Shown: positions 29,043-37,195 of the stretch, piece by piece
How positions within the stretch are numbered: the stretch's first letter is position 1
Layout of the letters: each line of letters opens with the position of its first letter
Origin: Candidatus Zixiibacteriota bacterium
GTDB taxonomy: Bacteria; Zixibacteria; MSB-5A5; CAIYYT01
DNA: 41,788 nucleotides
Assembly: GCA_040235515.1 (NCBI GenBank)
Contig: JBECKX010000217.1
Location: 1-41,788, forward strand
Direction: 5' to 3'
Position numbers and translations under genes: made by a program
The notes under the pieces: generated by a model
Seen by the model: only the letters and a program-made list of their open reading frames with translations
Told to the model about the DNA's origin: nothing
The model's database searches: none

Positions 29043-29125
29043 CCCCATACTCCATTCATGGCGGACGCCTTCAGATACTTTCAATAAATGATGCTTTTGT
29101 CAATTATGACAGAGGAAGGGGCGGA

Positions 29126-29623
29126 TTACAAGTGGTTTTTCTGACTGCGCAGAGCAAACGAGCGTTCATCTATCGCGCGTGAGACTGCGAGGATACCATC
29201 CAGATGATCGACTTCATGCTGTAACAGTTCGGAGAGATCGCCCTCAAGCTTGCGTTCATGCTGATTCCAGTGTTCATCCAGCCAGTCGATCCTGCACGAA
29301 CGATGTCGCCGCACACGCACGAGCAAATCAGGAAACGACATACAATCATCCCACAGTTCGATCATCTCTTCGCTGAAGTCTGACAGCGTGGGATTGATCA
29401 AGATCTGCGGCTTATCTATCTGCATGAAGATGATGCGCTTGAAGACACCGATCTGTGGCGCGGCGATCGCACGCCCGACGCCGTAACGCCTGCGAAAGTC
29501 ACGCATCGTATCACCAAGGTCGGCGAATGCCGCTGCAAAAGATTGTACCTCCGACTGCTGGACCCGCTCGCAGATTCTGTAAAGGTCGGGGTTTCCAAGT
29601 TGCAGGATTTCACGGATAGCCAG
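29126..29623 (-). CDS. def: peptide deformylase (divergent), probable CTG start
   Basis: frame extends upstream of the called ORF to (L)AIREILQLGNPDL; AIAAPQIG, DDCMS, QHEVDHLDG. Confidence 0.85.
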   Translation of the reverse strand: MAIREILQLGNPDLYRICERVQQSEVQSFAAAFADLGDTMRDFRRRYGVGRAIAAPQIGVFKRIIFMQIDKPQILINPTLSDFSEEMIELWDDCMSFPDLLVRVRRHRSCRIDWLDEHWNQHERKLEGDLSELLQHEVDHLDGILAVSRAIDERSFALRSQKNHL

Positions 29624-29637
29624 TGCTGCCCCCTTCC

Positions 29638-30783
29638 CTAATTGTTGGAATAGGTAATGCGGTAGATGCGATCTCCGTGGTCATCGGAGACGAGCAGCGA
29701 GCCGTCGGGCATCTGCATCACGTCTACCGGTCGCCCCCAGCGCTTATCGCCCTGCAACCATCCCTCGGCGAAGACTTCATAGGAGGTAGCCTTGCCATCC
29801 TCATGGCGTACCAGTGTCACGCGGTAGCCGATGGGGTCACTGCGGTTCCAGGAACCATGTTCGGCGATGAAAATCTGGTTGCGGTACTCCTCAGGAAACA
29901 TCTGTCCGGTATAGAAGATCATCCCCAAGGCGGCGACATGAGGACCCAATTTCTGAACCGGAGGAGTGAATTCATCGCAGGGGCGTTGATTGCCAAACTC
30001 GGGATCGGCGATCTCGCCGGCGTGGCAGAATGGGTAGCCAAAATGCATTCCGATTTCGGGGGCGCGATTGAGCTCATCAGGAGGGAGATCGTCACCCAGC
30101 ATGTCACGTCCGTTGTCGGTGAACCATAACACGCCGGTCTCCGGATTCCAGTCGAATCCAACCGTATTTCGAATGCCATGCGCGAACACTTCCAGGTCGC
30201 TGCCGTCAGGGTTCATCCGCATGATCGAGGCATAGCGCTCATCCTCACTCAGGCAGATATTGCAGGGCGCCCCAACCGGAACGTAGAGTTTTCCATCAGG
30301 GCCAAAACGGATAAACTTCCAGCCATGATGGCTGTCTGAAGGGAAGCCGTCGTTGATCAGCACCGGTTCCGGCGGATCGGCGAGGTGGTTCTCGATATCG
30401 TCGTAGCGCCAGACCTTGTTCACTTCCGCGACGTAGAGGCTGCCATCACGGAATGCGATCCCGTTAGGCATATACAACCCGGAGGCGATGGTGTAGGTCG
30501 TATCCGCCCTGTAGTCGTTGTTGCGATCTACTACGGCGTAGACATTCCCGGCGCCACGGGTTGAGACGAAGATTGTGCCATCACTGCCACGGGCCAATGA
30601 TCTTGCCCCGACAACACCCTCGGCGAAGAGTTCGATCTTGAATCCCGGAGGGAGCTTGATCAAGCCCAATTGGGCATCAGGTGCGCTGGTCGACTCTGAG
30701 CAGCCCACAACCAGCACTATCAGCATGCAGACTGTGGCCACCTGACGAAAGCCGGGGAATGTGTGGGGAGGGTTAATCATCAT
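29638..30783 (-). CDS. PQQ-dependent sugar/sorbosone dehydrogenase family lipoprotein
   Basis: lipobox VVGC, LPPGFKIELFA, HHGWKFIRFGPDGKLYVPVGAPCN, GIRNTVG, AEHGSWNRS, GRPVDV. Confidence 0.9.
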   Translation of the reverse strand: MMINPPHTFPGFRQVATVCMLIVLVVGCSESTSAPDAQLGLIKLPPGFKIELFAEGVVGARSLARGSDGTIFVSTRGAGNVYAVVDRNNDYRADTTYTIASGLYMPNGIAFRDGSLYVAEVNKVWRYDDIENHLADPPEPVLINDGFPSDSHHGWKFIRFGPDGKLYVPVGAPCNICLSEDERYASIMRMNPDGSDLEVFAHGIRNTVGFDWNPETGVLWFTDNGRDMLGDDLPPDELNRAPEIGMHFGYPFCHAGEIADPEFGNQRPCDEFTPPVQKLGPHVAALGMIFYTGQMFPEEYRNQIFIAEHGSWNRSDPIGYRVTLVRHEDGKATSYEVFAEGWLQGDKRWGRPVDVMQMPDGSLLVSDDHGDRIYRITYSNN

Positions 30784-30813
30784 AAACGTTATACGCGAGT
30801 TGTTCTCAATTGC

Positions 30814-31608
30814 TCAAGCTGACCGAGCGTTCAGGATGGCGATCACCTGATCGTGAATCAGGCCATTCGAAGCGATAATGCTCTTGCTCTCTTTGCTGAA
30901 CGGGCGCCCTTCCCAATCGGTACAGCGTCCGCCTGCCGCATGGATGATAGCCACCAATCCCGCAACATCCCAGACATTGACGCGCGACTGCACGACGGCA
31001 TCGAATCGACCGGTGGCGACAAGGTGGAATGAGAAGGCATCGCCAAACCCGCGGACACGGTAGACGGTCTCGGCGAGTTCATGAAACGCCGTATCATGTC
31101 CCCGCGTGCGAAGGAGATTGAGGCCGGAAAAAGTGATAGCGGCCTCTTTGAGAGTCCCTGTCCGGCTGACTCTTGCCGTTGTGCCGTTGCAGAAGGCTCC
31201 ATCCTCACGAGCGGCGTACAGAATCTCATTCATTGCGGGCATATTCGAAACCCCTGTCGTGAACTGATCGTGGTCGAGCAGCCCAATCTCGATTCCGAAG
31301 AGCGGGATTCTCCTGATGAAGTTCTTGGTACCGTCGATCGGATCGATGATCCAGGTTTTCGGCGACTCCTTCTCGTGGCTGCCCGACTCCTCACCGAGGA
31401 TGGCGTAGTCAGGGAAATGTTTTGTAAGCTCTTCGATGATAGTCTGTTCCGCTTCCCGATCTGCGCGCGTTACGGGGGTCGCGTCTGGCTTGTACTCGAC
31501 TTCGACCCCCCCGGTATAGTAGGGCATGACCAATTCCGCAGCCCGGCGAGACGCCGCGAGCGCAGCCTGCAATTCTAAGCTAAGATTCTTGTGCTCAACA
31601 GGTAACAT
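30814..31608 (-). CDS. inositol monophosphatase family, histidinol-phosphatase (HisN)-like
   Basis: KPDATPVTRADREAE, LGEE, WIIDPIDGTKNF, RGFGD, WDVAG; start uncertain. Confidence 0.8.
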   Translation of the reverse strand: MLPVEHKNLSLELQAALAASRRAAELVMPYYTGGVEVEYKPDATPVTRADREAEQTIIEELTKHFPDYAILGEESGSHEKESPKTWIIDPIDGTKNFIRRIPLFGIEIGLLDHDQFTTGVSNMPAMNEILYAAREDGAFCNGTTARVSRTGTLKEAAITFSGLNLLRTRGHDTAFHELAETVYRVRGFGDAFSFHLVATGRFDAVVQSRVNVWDVAGLVAIIHAAGGRCTDWEGRPFSKESKSIIASNGLIHDQVIAILNARSA

Positions 31609-31776
31609 ATCGCATTTCTCCGGCTCGGTTAACGCCCTGGTCTGCGGGAGTTGTTTACACAAATAATACTTCGATCAAGCCGTGGTACAAGCCTTTAGAT
31701 TAGCGTGCCCACGCCGTTGACGACGATTCTACGCCGTAAACTCCTTTCGAACGTGGAGTTAACGAATGGGACCGAA

Positions 31777-31804
31777 TTGTCGATAGCTTAAGCAAAGGTA
31801 TAAT
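31777..31804 (+). promoter_or_regulatory. sigma70-type promoter of the hybrid kinase
   Basis: TTGTCG, 16-nt spacer, TATAAT. Confidence 0.45.
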
Positions 31805-31832
31805 GGTGGGTTACGGCTAACTCCCCGGGGAT

Positions 31833-34565
31833 TTGAAGAGATCAGGCCCCCGTAATGCTCATAAACCAGTGTCGTCACAGCTGCTGTTCGTAAGCGATAC
31901 CTCACCTGGCAGCTGGCCGCCACGTAGTGGGACTATGCAAACGGTGTCTCTTAAACTCTACCGACGATTCATTCAAACCAGAGCAGGTAATCATCCTGAG
32001 CAACCTGCAGTTGCGGTCGTGACATTGCAGGGTGTTCGCCGAACATTCCGCCTTGCGCTGCTATTGGTGTTTTCACCCCTGGCGGGAGCCGGTGGGCGCA
32101 GTCTCACTCATGCACCCTCTACTGCCACGATCGCGCTGCACCCAGTTCTGGTGGTGTTATTTGCGATAGTGTTGGTGGCGCTTCTGGGGACGGTTCTGTA
32201 TCTCTGGAAACGCAGTCCGGGCAATCAGGCAAGTCAAACGAAACGAGAGTCTGCGGCGGCTGAAACGGCGATGCAGATGGATTTCATACAGCAGAATGAA
32301 GATTTCAGTTTCTCGATCCCCGAGATCATTCCGGTAGGAGTATTTCGCGCCGATGCTATGGGCAAACTTATTCGCGGCAACGCAGCGATGCTTCACATTT
32401 TCGGGTATGACTCCACTGAGGAATTGAGAACTGCGCCCCCGCACAAAGTTCTGAAGCTGCCGAACCAGCGCGAGGAGATACTGAAGCGACTGAGAGAATC
32501 GCGCGAGGCATTCCGTATCGAGACCGGAGCGCTTCACAAGAGTGGGCGTGAGATCTGGATCAAGATTTTCTTCCAGCCGGTGTTTGGTAAGAACGGCCAG
32601 CTGCAATTCGTCGATGGCATTGTGGAGGATATCACTCCACGGAAACAGGCGGAGTTTCGACAGAAGGAAACAGAACAACGCTATCAACTCCTTACGGATA
32701 TGTCACCGACAGGCATCTACCTGACTGACCCGGACGGCCAGATCATATTTGCCAACGAGCAGTGGGCGAGGCTTTCCGGAATCTCCACCGAGGAAGCGAT
32801 GGGTTGCGGGTGGGAGAAGGCGATCTATCCGCGTGACCTCGAAGCATTGCGGGAGAGTTGGTTCAGTTCAGTGAGGAATTGCCGGAACTGGAGCGGTGAG
32901 TACCGCTATCAGCACGCTGATGGGAGCATCGTATGGGTATGGGGGGAAGCCAGGCCGCTACTGGATGACAATGAGGAACTGCTTGGATACATCGGATCGA
33001 ACACCGACATCTCTCGTATCAAGGAAGCGGAGAGCGCGATCGGTTACAGCGAGGCCAAGTATCGCGCCGTGGTTCAATCGGCCGCGCTTGGCATTGCGAG
33101 CCTCGATGATGGCGGGCACATACTCTCGGTCAATCCGGCCTTCACGGAAATCACGGGCTTCGACGAATCGGCGATGCTGCAGCGGGGATTCCAGTCATTC
33201 CTCCAGCCGGAGCACCGGGAAACATTCAATTCCCGGCTCGCTGACTTGATCGATGGCACCCTGAAGTCACGCGCCCAGATGACACTCAACCTGTGTCGCG
33301 CTGACGGGAGTGTGCGCAACATGTCTGTTACCCTCTCCAAGCCAAGCGATACCCACATCGAGGGCCAGGAACAGATTATCGCGGTGGTCGAGGATATCAC
33401 CGAACGATTGCTCCTTGAGGAGGAAATCAGCCACGCTGAAAAGCTGGAATCGGTCGGATTACTCGCCGGCGGGATCGCGCATGATTTCAACAACATCCTG
33501 ACAGGCATCATCGGCAATCTTAGCCTGGCGGAAATGAGCGCCGAACAAGGCTCCGAACTGTACGAGTTGATCACCGAAGCGGAACAGTCGGCGCTGCGGG
33601 CACAGAAGTTGACCAAGCGGTTGTTGACCTTCTCCAAAGGCGGTACCCCCGTTACCAAGACCATGCCGATCGATGAAGTGGTGCAGGAAGCGGCACTGTT
33701 TGCGCTGCATGGATCTGATGTGAAATGTGAATTCAGGATCGAGCCTGATCTCGAGTATGTGAATATCGATGAAGGACAGTTTGTCCAGGTAATCCATAAT
33801 TTGGTAATCAATGCGGATCAGGCGATGCCGAAGGGCGGTACGATCAGGATCGATCTGAGCAATCTGCGAATCGAGGATGAGTCGGAATCCGGCGTCCAGC
33901 CCGGCGACTATGTGAAAATCGATATCGCGGACGAAGGTGTCGGTATTCCGGCGGACTACCTGCCCAAGGTGTTCGATCCATTCTTCTCGACCAAGGATAC
34001 GGGAAGCGGACTTGGCTTGTCCACGAGCTATTCGATTATCAAGAAGCATAATGGACAGATCAGGGCGACCTCGAGCATCGGTCGCGGCAGTACGTTCTCG
34101 ATTTATCTCCCGGTTGCGAGGAATGCCGCACCGATTGAGAGTGTCGAGCCGAAGAAAACCAGCGAGTGTGGCAAGATCCTGATCATGGATGATGAGCAGA
34201 CGGTTCGGGATGTCACGCGCCTCTCTCTCCAGAAACTTGGCTTTGAAGTCGTCGAGGCCGTGAACTGCGAGGAGGCGATTCGGGAATATCAGCGTGAAAT
34301 CGATAGTGGCGGGGAATTCAAGGCGGTGCTTCTCGATCTCACCATTCCCGGCAGCAGGGGTGGAGAGGCGACATTGCATGAACTTAAAGCGATCGACCCC
34401 GACGTTCGTGCAATCGTGATGAGTGGTTACTCGAATGACCCTGTGCTGAGTGAGTACCGTGACCACGGTTTTTGCGGCATGATCTCCAAACCATTCGGAT
34501 ACCGTGAGCTTTCTGAAGTGATCTCGCTCGCCGTTTCTGATCGCACTGAAGGCAAGCACGCCTGA
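31833..34565 (+). CDS. hybrid sensor kinase/response regulator with three PAS domains
   Basis: TM segment, 3 PAS/PAC, GGIAHDFNNIL, NLVINA, DEGVGI, FSTKDTGSGLGL, C-terminal receiver (ILIMDDE, LLDL, SGY, KP); start uncertain (31833 or 31935). Confidence 0.9.
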   Translation: MKRSGPRNAHKPVSSQLLFVSDTSPGSWPPRSGTMQTVSLKLYRRFIQTRAGNHPEQPAVAVVTLQGVRRTFRLALLLVFSPLAGAGGRSLTHAPSTATIALHPVLVVLFAIVLVALLGTVLYLWKRSPGNQASQTKRESAAAETAMQMDFIQQNEDFSFSIPEIIPVGVFRADAMGKLIRGNAAMLHIFGYDSTEELRTAPPHKVLKLPNQREEILKRLRESREAFRIETGALHKSGREIWIKIFFQPVFGKNGQLQFVDGIVEDITPRKQAEFRQKETEQRYQLLTDMSPTGIYLTDPDGQIIFANEQWARLSGISTEEAMGCGWEKAIYPRDLEALRESWFSSVRNCRNWSGEYRYQHADGSIVWVWGEARPLLDDNEELLGYIGSNTDISRIKEAESAIGYSEAKYRAVVQSAALGIASLDDGGHILSVNPAFTEITGFDESAMLQRGFQSFLQPEHRETFNSRLADLIDGTLKSRAQMTLNLCRADGSVRNMSVTLSKPSDTHIEGQEQIIAVVEDITERLLLEEEISHAEKLESVGLLAGGIAHDFNNILTGIIGNLSLAEMSAEQGSELYELITEAEQSALRAQKLTKRLLTFSKGGTPVTKTMPIDEVVQEAALFALHGSDVKCEFRIEPDLEYVNIDEGQFVQVIHNLVINADQAMPKGGTIRIDLSNLRIEDESESGVQPGDYVKIDIADEGVGIPADYLPKVFDPFFSTKDTGSGLGLSTSYSIIKKHNGQIRATSSIGRGSTFSIYLPVARNAAPIESVEPKKTSECGKILIMDDEQTVRDVTRLSLQKLGFEVVEAVNCEEAIREYQREIDSGGEFKAVLLDLTIPGSRGGEATLHELKAIDPDVRAIVMSGYSNDPVLSEYRDHGFCGMISKPFGYRELSEVISLAVSDRTEGKHA

Positions 34566-34575
34566 CGTAGCTTCG

Positions 34576-34614
34576 TTCCTCCAGTTCCTCCAATTCTCCC
34601 AGTTCTTCAATTCC
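34576..34614. repeat. degenerate 9-bp tandem repeat
   Basis: TTCCTCCAG TTCCTCCAA TTCTCCCAG TTCTTCAA TTCC just after the kinase stop. Confidence 0.7.
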
Positions 34615-34738
34615 GATCGATTCAGCGACTGCGCGCCGTCTATCCGTTGTAACTTCTTCCTCTCTCCAAATGCGGGCAAATAGCGTTGACAATGCCCTCG
34701 CCAGCCCCTTAGTTACTCATCTGGGGAAGTGTAATTAA

Positions 34739-35449
34739 ATGAAGTACTCGATCAACTCTCTCTTCCGTACCGCAGCCGGTATCATCATCATCATGCTCCT
34801 GCTGCCGCTGATCACACCGCAGTTGTTCGCCGACCAGTCAGGTGGACCACTCGCTTTATCTGCGGAGTCGGTACGGCAGCTCTGCCTCCCCGGTGCTCCC
34901 CGCGCCGAGTGTGGCAGCTTCATCGTGGCCGAAGTAGCCCTCCTCGCAAGAGTGGTCAATTCCCATTCCACCGAGAGCGTGACGTTGCACAACGGCGTGA
35001 TGTTCCACGGAGATGACTTCGGTTTCCCCGGTGCGCTGCAGGGCGAACTTGGCCTCATGTACAATCTCTCTGGCAAGTCCGCCGTAGGGGTGACCGCGGC
35101 AGGCGTCGTTGAGGAGTATCGCAATCGAATTGGCGGCAAAGTACACTACCGTTTCTGGGAGGGAGAGGGCGCCTCGATCGACCTGTCTGCCGGCATCTTC
35201 ACACCGGTCGCGCAGGATGACTTCCTGGAAGTTCTTGATCGCAAGGAATGGCTGGTAGGAACCTTCGCCCTCAGCCAGCGTGATTGCTGGCAGTTCATTT
35301 TCCAACTGGAAAGTTATACCCAGGCCTACCCGGAGGGCAGGCGCGCCTCGGCGTTCTACACGGGAGTTCAATTTCGTGACTGGCCGGGAAGCGCCACGGC
35401 GATCGCGGGGCTGATTTCCGCTGTCGTAGTTGCTGTGGAATCGCTATAG
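34739..35449 (+). CDS. exported hypothetical protein, paralog of 16251-16850
   Basis: signal peptide; ELGLMYNLSGKSAVG / RIGGKVHYRFW / IDLSAG align with the 16251 protein; TTGACA at 34686 upstream. Confidence 0.65.
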   Translation: MKYSINSLFRTAAGIIIIMLLLPLITPQLFADQSGGPLALSAESVRQLCLPGAPRAECGSFIVAEVALLARVVNSHSTESVTLHNGVMFHGDDFGFPGALQGELGLMYNLSGKSAVGVTAAGVVEEYRNRIGGKVHYRFWEGEGASIDLSAGIFTPVAQDDFLEVLDRKEWLVGTFALSQRDCWQFIFQLESYTQAYPEGRRASAFYTGVQFRDWPGSATAIAGLISAVVVAVESL

Positions 35450-35510
35450 TAGAGATAAGTTTTCTTGTTGAGCGATTAGTTATCAAAGGTCGAGAGTGTG
35501 AGTCGTTAGT

Positions 35511-36224
35511 ATGACGAGTGAAATCGGAGTCCTGGTAATAACCGCCGCTTCAATCGGCTTTTTCCACACCATTTTGGGACCTGACCACTACCTCCCCTTC
35601 ATAGTCATTTCACGCGCCCGCAATTGGAGCATCGCCCGCACAGTTATGGTAACGATCCTCTGCGGTTTGGGGCACGTCCTGAGTAGTGTCGTTATAGGTG
35701 CGGTCGGTGTGGGGTTCGGAATCGCCGTAGGGAATCTGGAGTCAATCGAAGCTGTCCGCGGTGATCTGGCCGCCTGGGCGTTGATCGCGTTCGGCCTGGC
35801 GTATGCCGCCTGGGGAATCCGACGTGCAATCCTCAAGCAGGGACATGCGCACACCCATTTGACAGGCAAGCTGGCGGGAGTGACGCACTTTCACTCGCAT
35901 GACAAATCAGAACCGCACAGCCATAACCAAACCGAGCAGATCTCGATCACTCCCTGGGTGCTTTTTGTCGTCTTTGTACTGGGGCCCTGCGAGCCGTTGA
36001 TCCCGATCCTGATGTATCCCGCAGCCCATGCAAGCCTGAGCGGGATTGTCGTTGTCACGCTCGCCTTTGCGCTGATCACAATCGGGACGATGACTGCTGT
36101 GGTGATCCTGCTATCGTACGGAGTTAACTTCGTGCCACTGGGAAAACTGGAGCGCTACTCGCACGCTGCCGCCGGGTTGGCGATTGCGGCCAGTGGGATG
36201 GCGATCAAGTTCCTGGGGCTATAG
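35511..36224 (+). CDS. Ni/Co permease, UreH/HoxN-related
   Basis: HTILGPDH, GLGHV, His-rich loop (HAHTH...HFHSH...HSH), GPCEP; about 6 TM helices. Confidence 0.8.
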   Translation: MTSEIGVLVITAASIGFFHTILGPDHYLPFIVISRARNWSIARTVMVTILCGLGHVLSSVVIGAVGVGFGIAVGNLESIEAVRGDLAAWALIAFGLAYAAWGIRRAILKQGHAHTHLTGKLAGVTHFHSHDKSEPHSHNQTEQISITPWVLFVVFVLGPCEPLIPILMYPAAHASLSGIVVVTLAFALITIGTMTAVVILLSYGVNFVPLGKLERYSHAAAGLAIAASGMAIKFLGL

Positions 36225-36230
36225 AGGCGA

Positions 36231-36953
36231 CTACACCGTTGACCAGTCGAGGTTTTCGAGCGCCAGCCGCAGGTCGCCCGCACTGCTGAACTTCTTCAGG
36301 ATCAGCGAATGTTTGCGGCCGCAGATGATCTGCCTGACGACTTCATCCGTATGACGGTAGCCGTTGGCGCCCCCGATGATTTCATAAAGCACATCAACCA
36401 GGAAGAGCACATCGCGCTGCATCTTCAGCCGTGATGGCCTGCCCAGGTCAAAGAAATCAAGCAGGCGGACATCGAATCCCAACCCGTGACGTTTCACCAT
36501 GATGTTGTCCGAGTGAATGTCGCCATGGTACTCACCCTGAAAATGTATCTGCTCGACACCGACAACCAGCGAATAGAAGAGATGGAGAGCCTCAAATGTT
36601 GACAGTCGGTTGCCGCGCTGCTGCTTGAGAAATGTCGAGAGCATTTCGCCATCGATCAAGTCCGACACCAGGAATTCTACCTGCCGACCGCGAATTTGTG
36701 TCGTGTCGCGATGGTGATACTTGATGACGATGGGACAGGTGTGGAGGTTGTAAAGCTTCTTGGCGTAGCGCAAGAGTGCCCGCTCGCCGACACCGCCACG
36801 GCTGTAAAAGAGCTTGGCGGCGCGCACGATACCGGTGCGTTTCTCCTCGATCTTGTAGACCTCTCCCTCCCAGCCGCCACCGAGATAGCTGACTATCGTA
36901 TAGTTTTGCCCGAGCGTGCGCCCCGGCTGCAGGTCAAATTGAAGGCGTGACAT
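36231..36953 (-). CDS. stand-alone Ser/Thr protein kinase-like protein
   Basis: LGGGWEGEVY, AAKLF, HGDIHSDN, LLDFF. Confidence 0.8.
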   Translation of the reverse strand: MSRLQFDLQPGRTLGQNYTIVSYLGGGWEGEVYKIEEKRTGIVRAAKLFYSRGGVGERALLRYAKKLYNLHTCPIVIKYHHRDTTQIRGRQVEFLVSDLIDGEMLSTFLKQQRGNRLSTFEALHLFYSLVVGVEQIHFQGEYHGDIHSDNIMVKRHGLGFDVRLLDFFDLGRPSRLKMQRDVLFLVDVLYEIIGGANGYRHTDEVVRQIICGRKHSLILKKFSSAGDLRLALENLDWSTV

Positions 36954-36997
36954 TGGTCCCGATTTCTTTGAGTGCCATTTCTTCGTTGGCTATAGAG

Positions 36998-37026
36998 AAG
37001 TTATCGGATTCGGGGAGGATTTTCAA
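36998..37026 (-). promoter_or_regulatory. sigma70-type promoter of the kinase gene
   Basis: minus strand TTGAAA, 17-nt spacer, TAACTT. Confidence 0.45.
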
Positions 37027-37089
37027 AGGGATTTGTAGTTGGTGAAATCGCGCAATTCTGCTGAGCCGATTGAAGGCAACCAGACTAAC

Positions 37090-37162
37090 TCGCGGCTGAA
37101 GCCGCTCCTACGAGAGAATGGTCTTCACTTTCTCATGCTTGTAGGAGCGACTCCAGTCGCGA
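37090..37162. repeat. GTAG-family REP doublet (REPIN-like)
   Basis: revcomp GTAGGAGCGGCTTCAGCCGCGA (37090-37111) and GTAGGAGCGACTCCAGTCGCGA (37141-37162), inverted. Confidence 0.85.
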
Positions 37163-37195
37163 CCTGCGGCTACAGCGCAGGGAGGTGATTGGCTG

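Noticed and set aside
33459..34679. long antisense ORFs (e.g. 33459-34679, 9175-10110, 1062-1922, 4323-5087, 38852-39553)
   Set aside because: Shadows of well-supported genes in high-GC DNA, with no motifs
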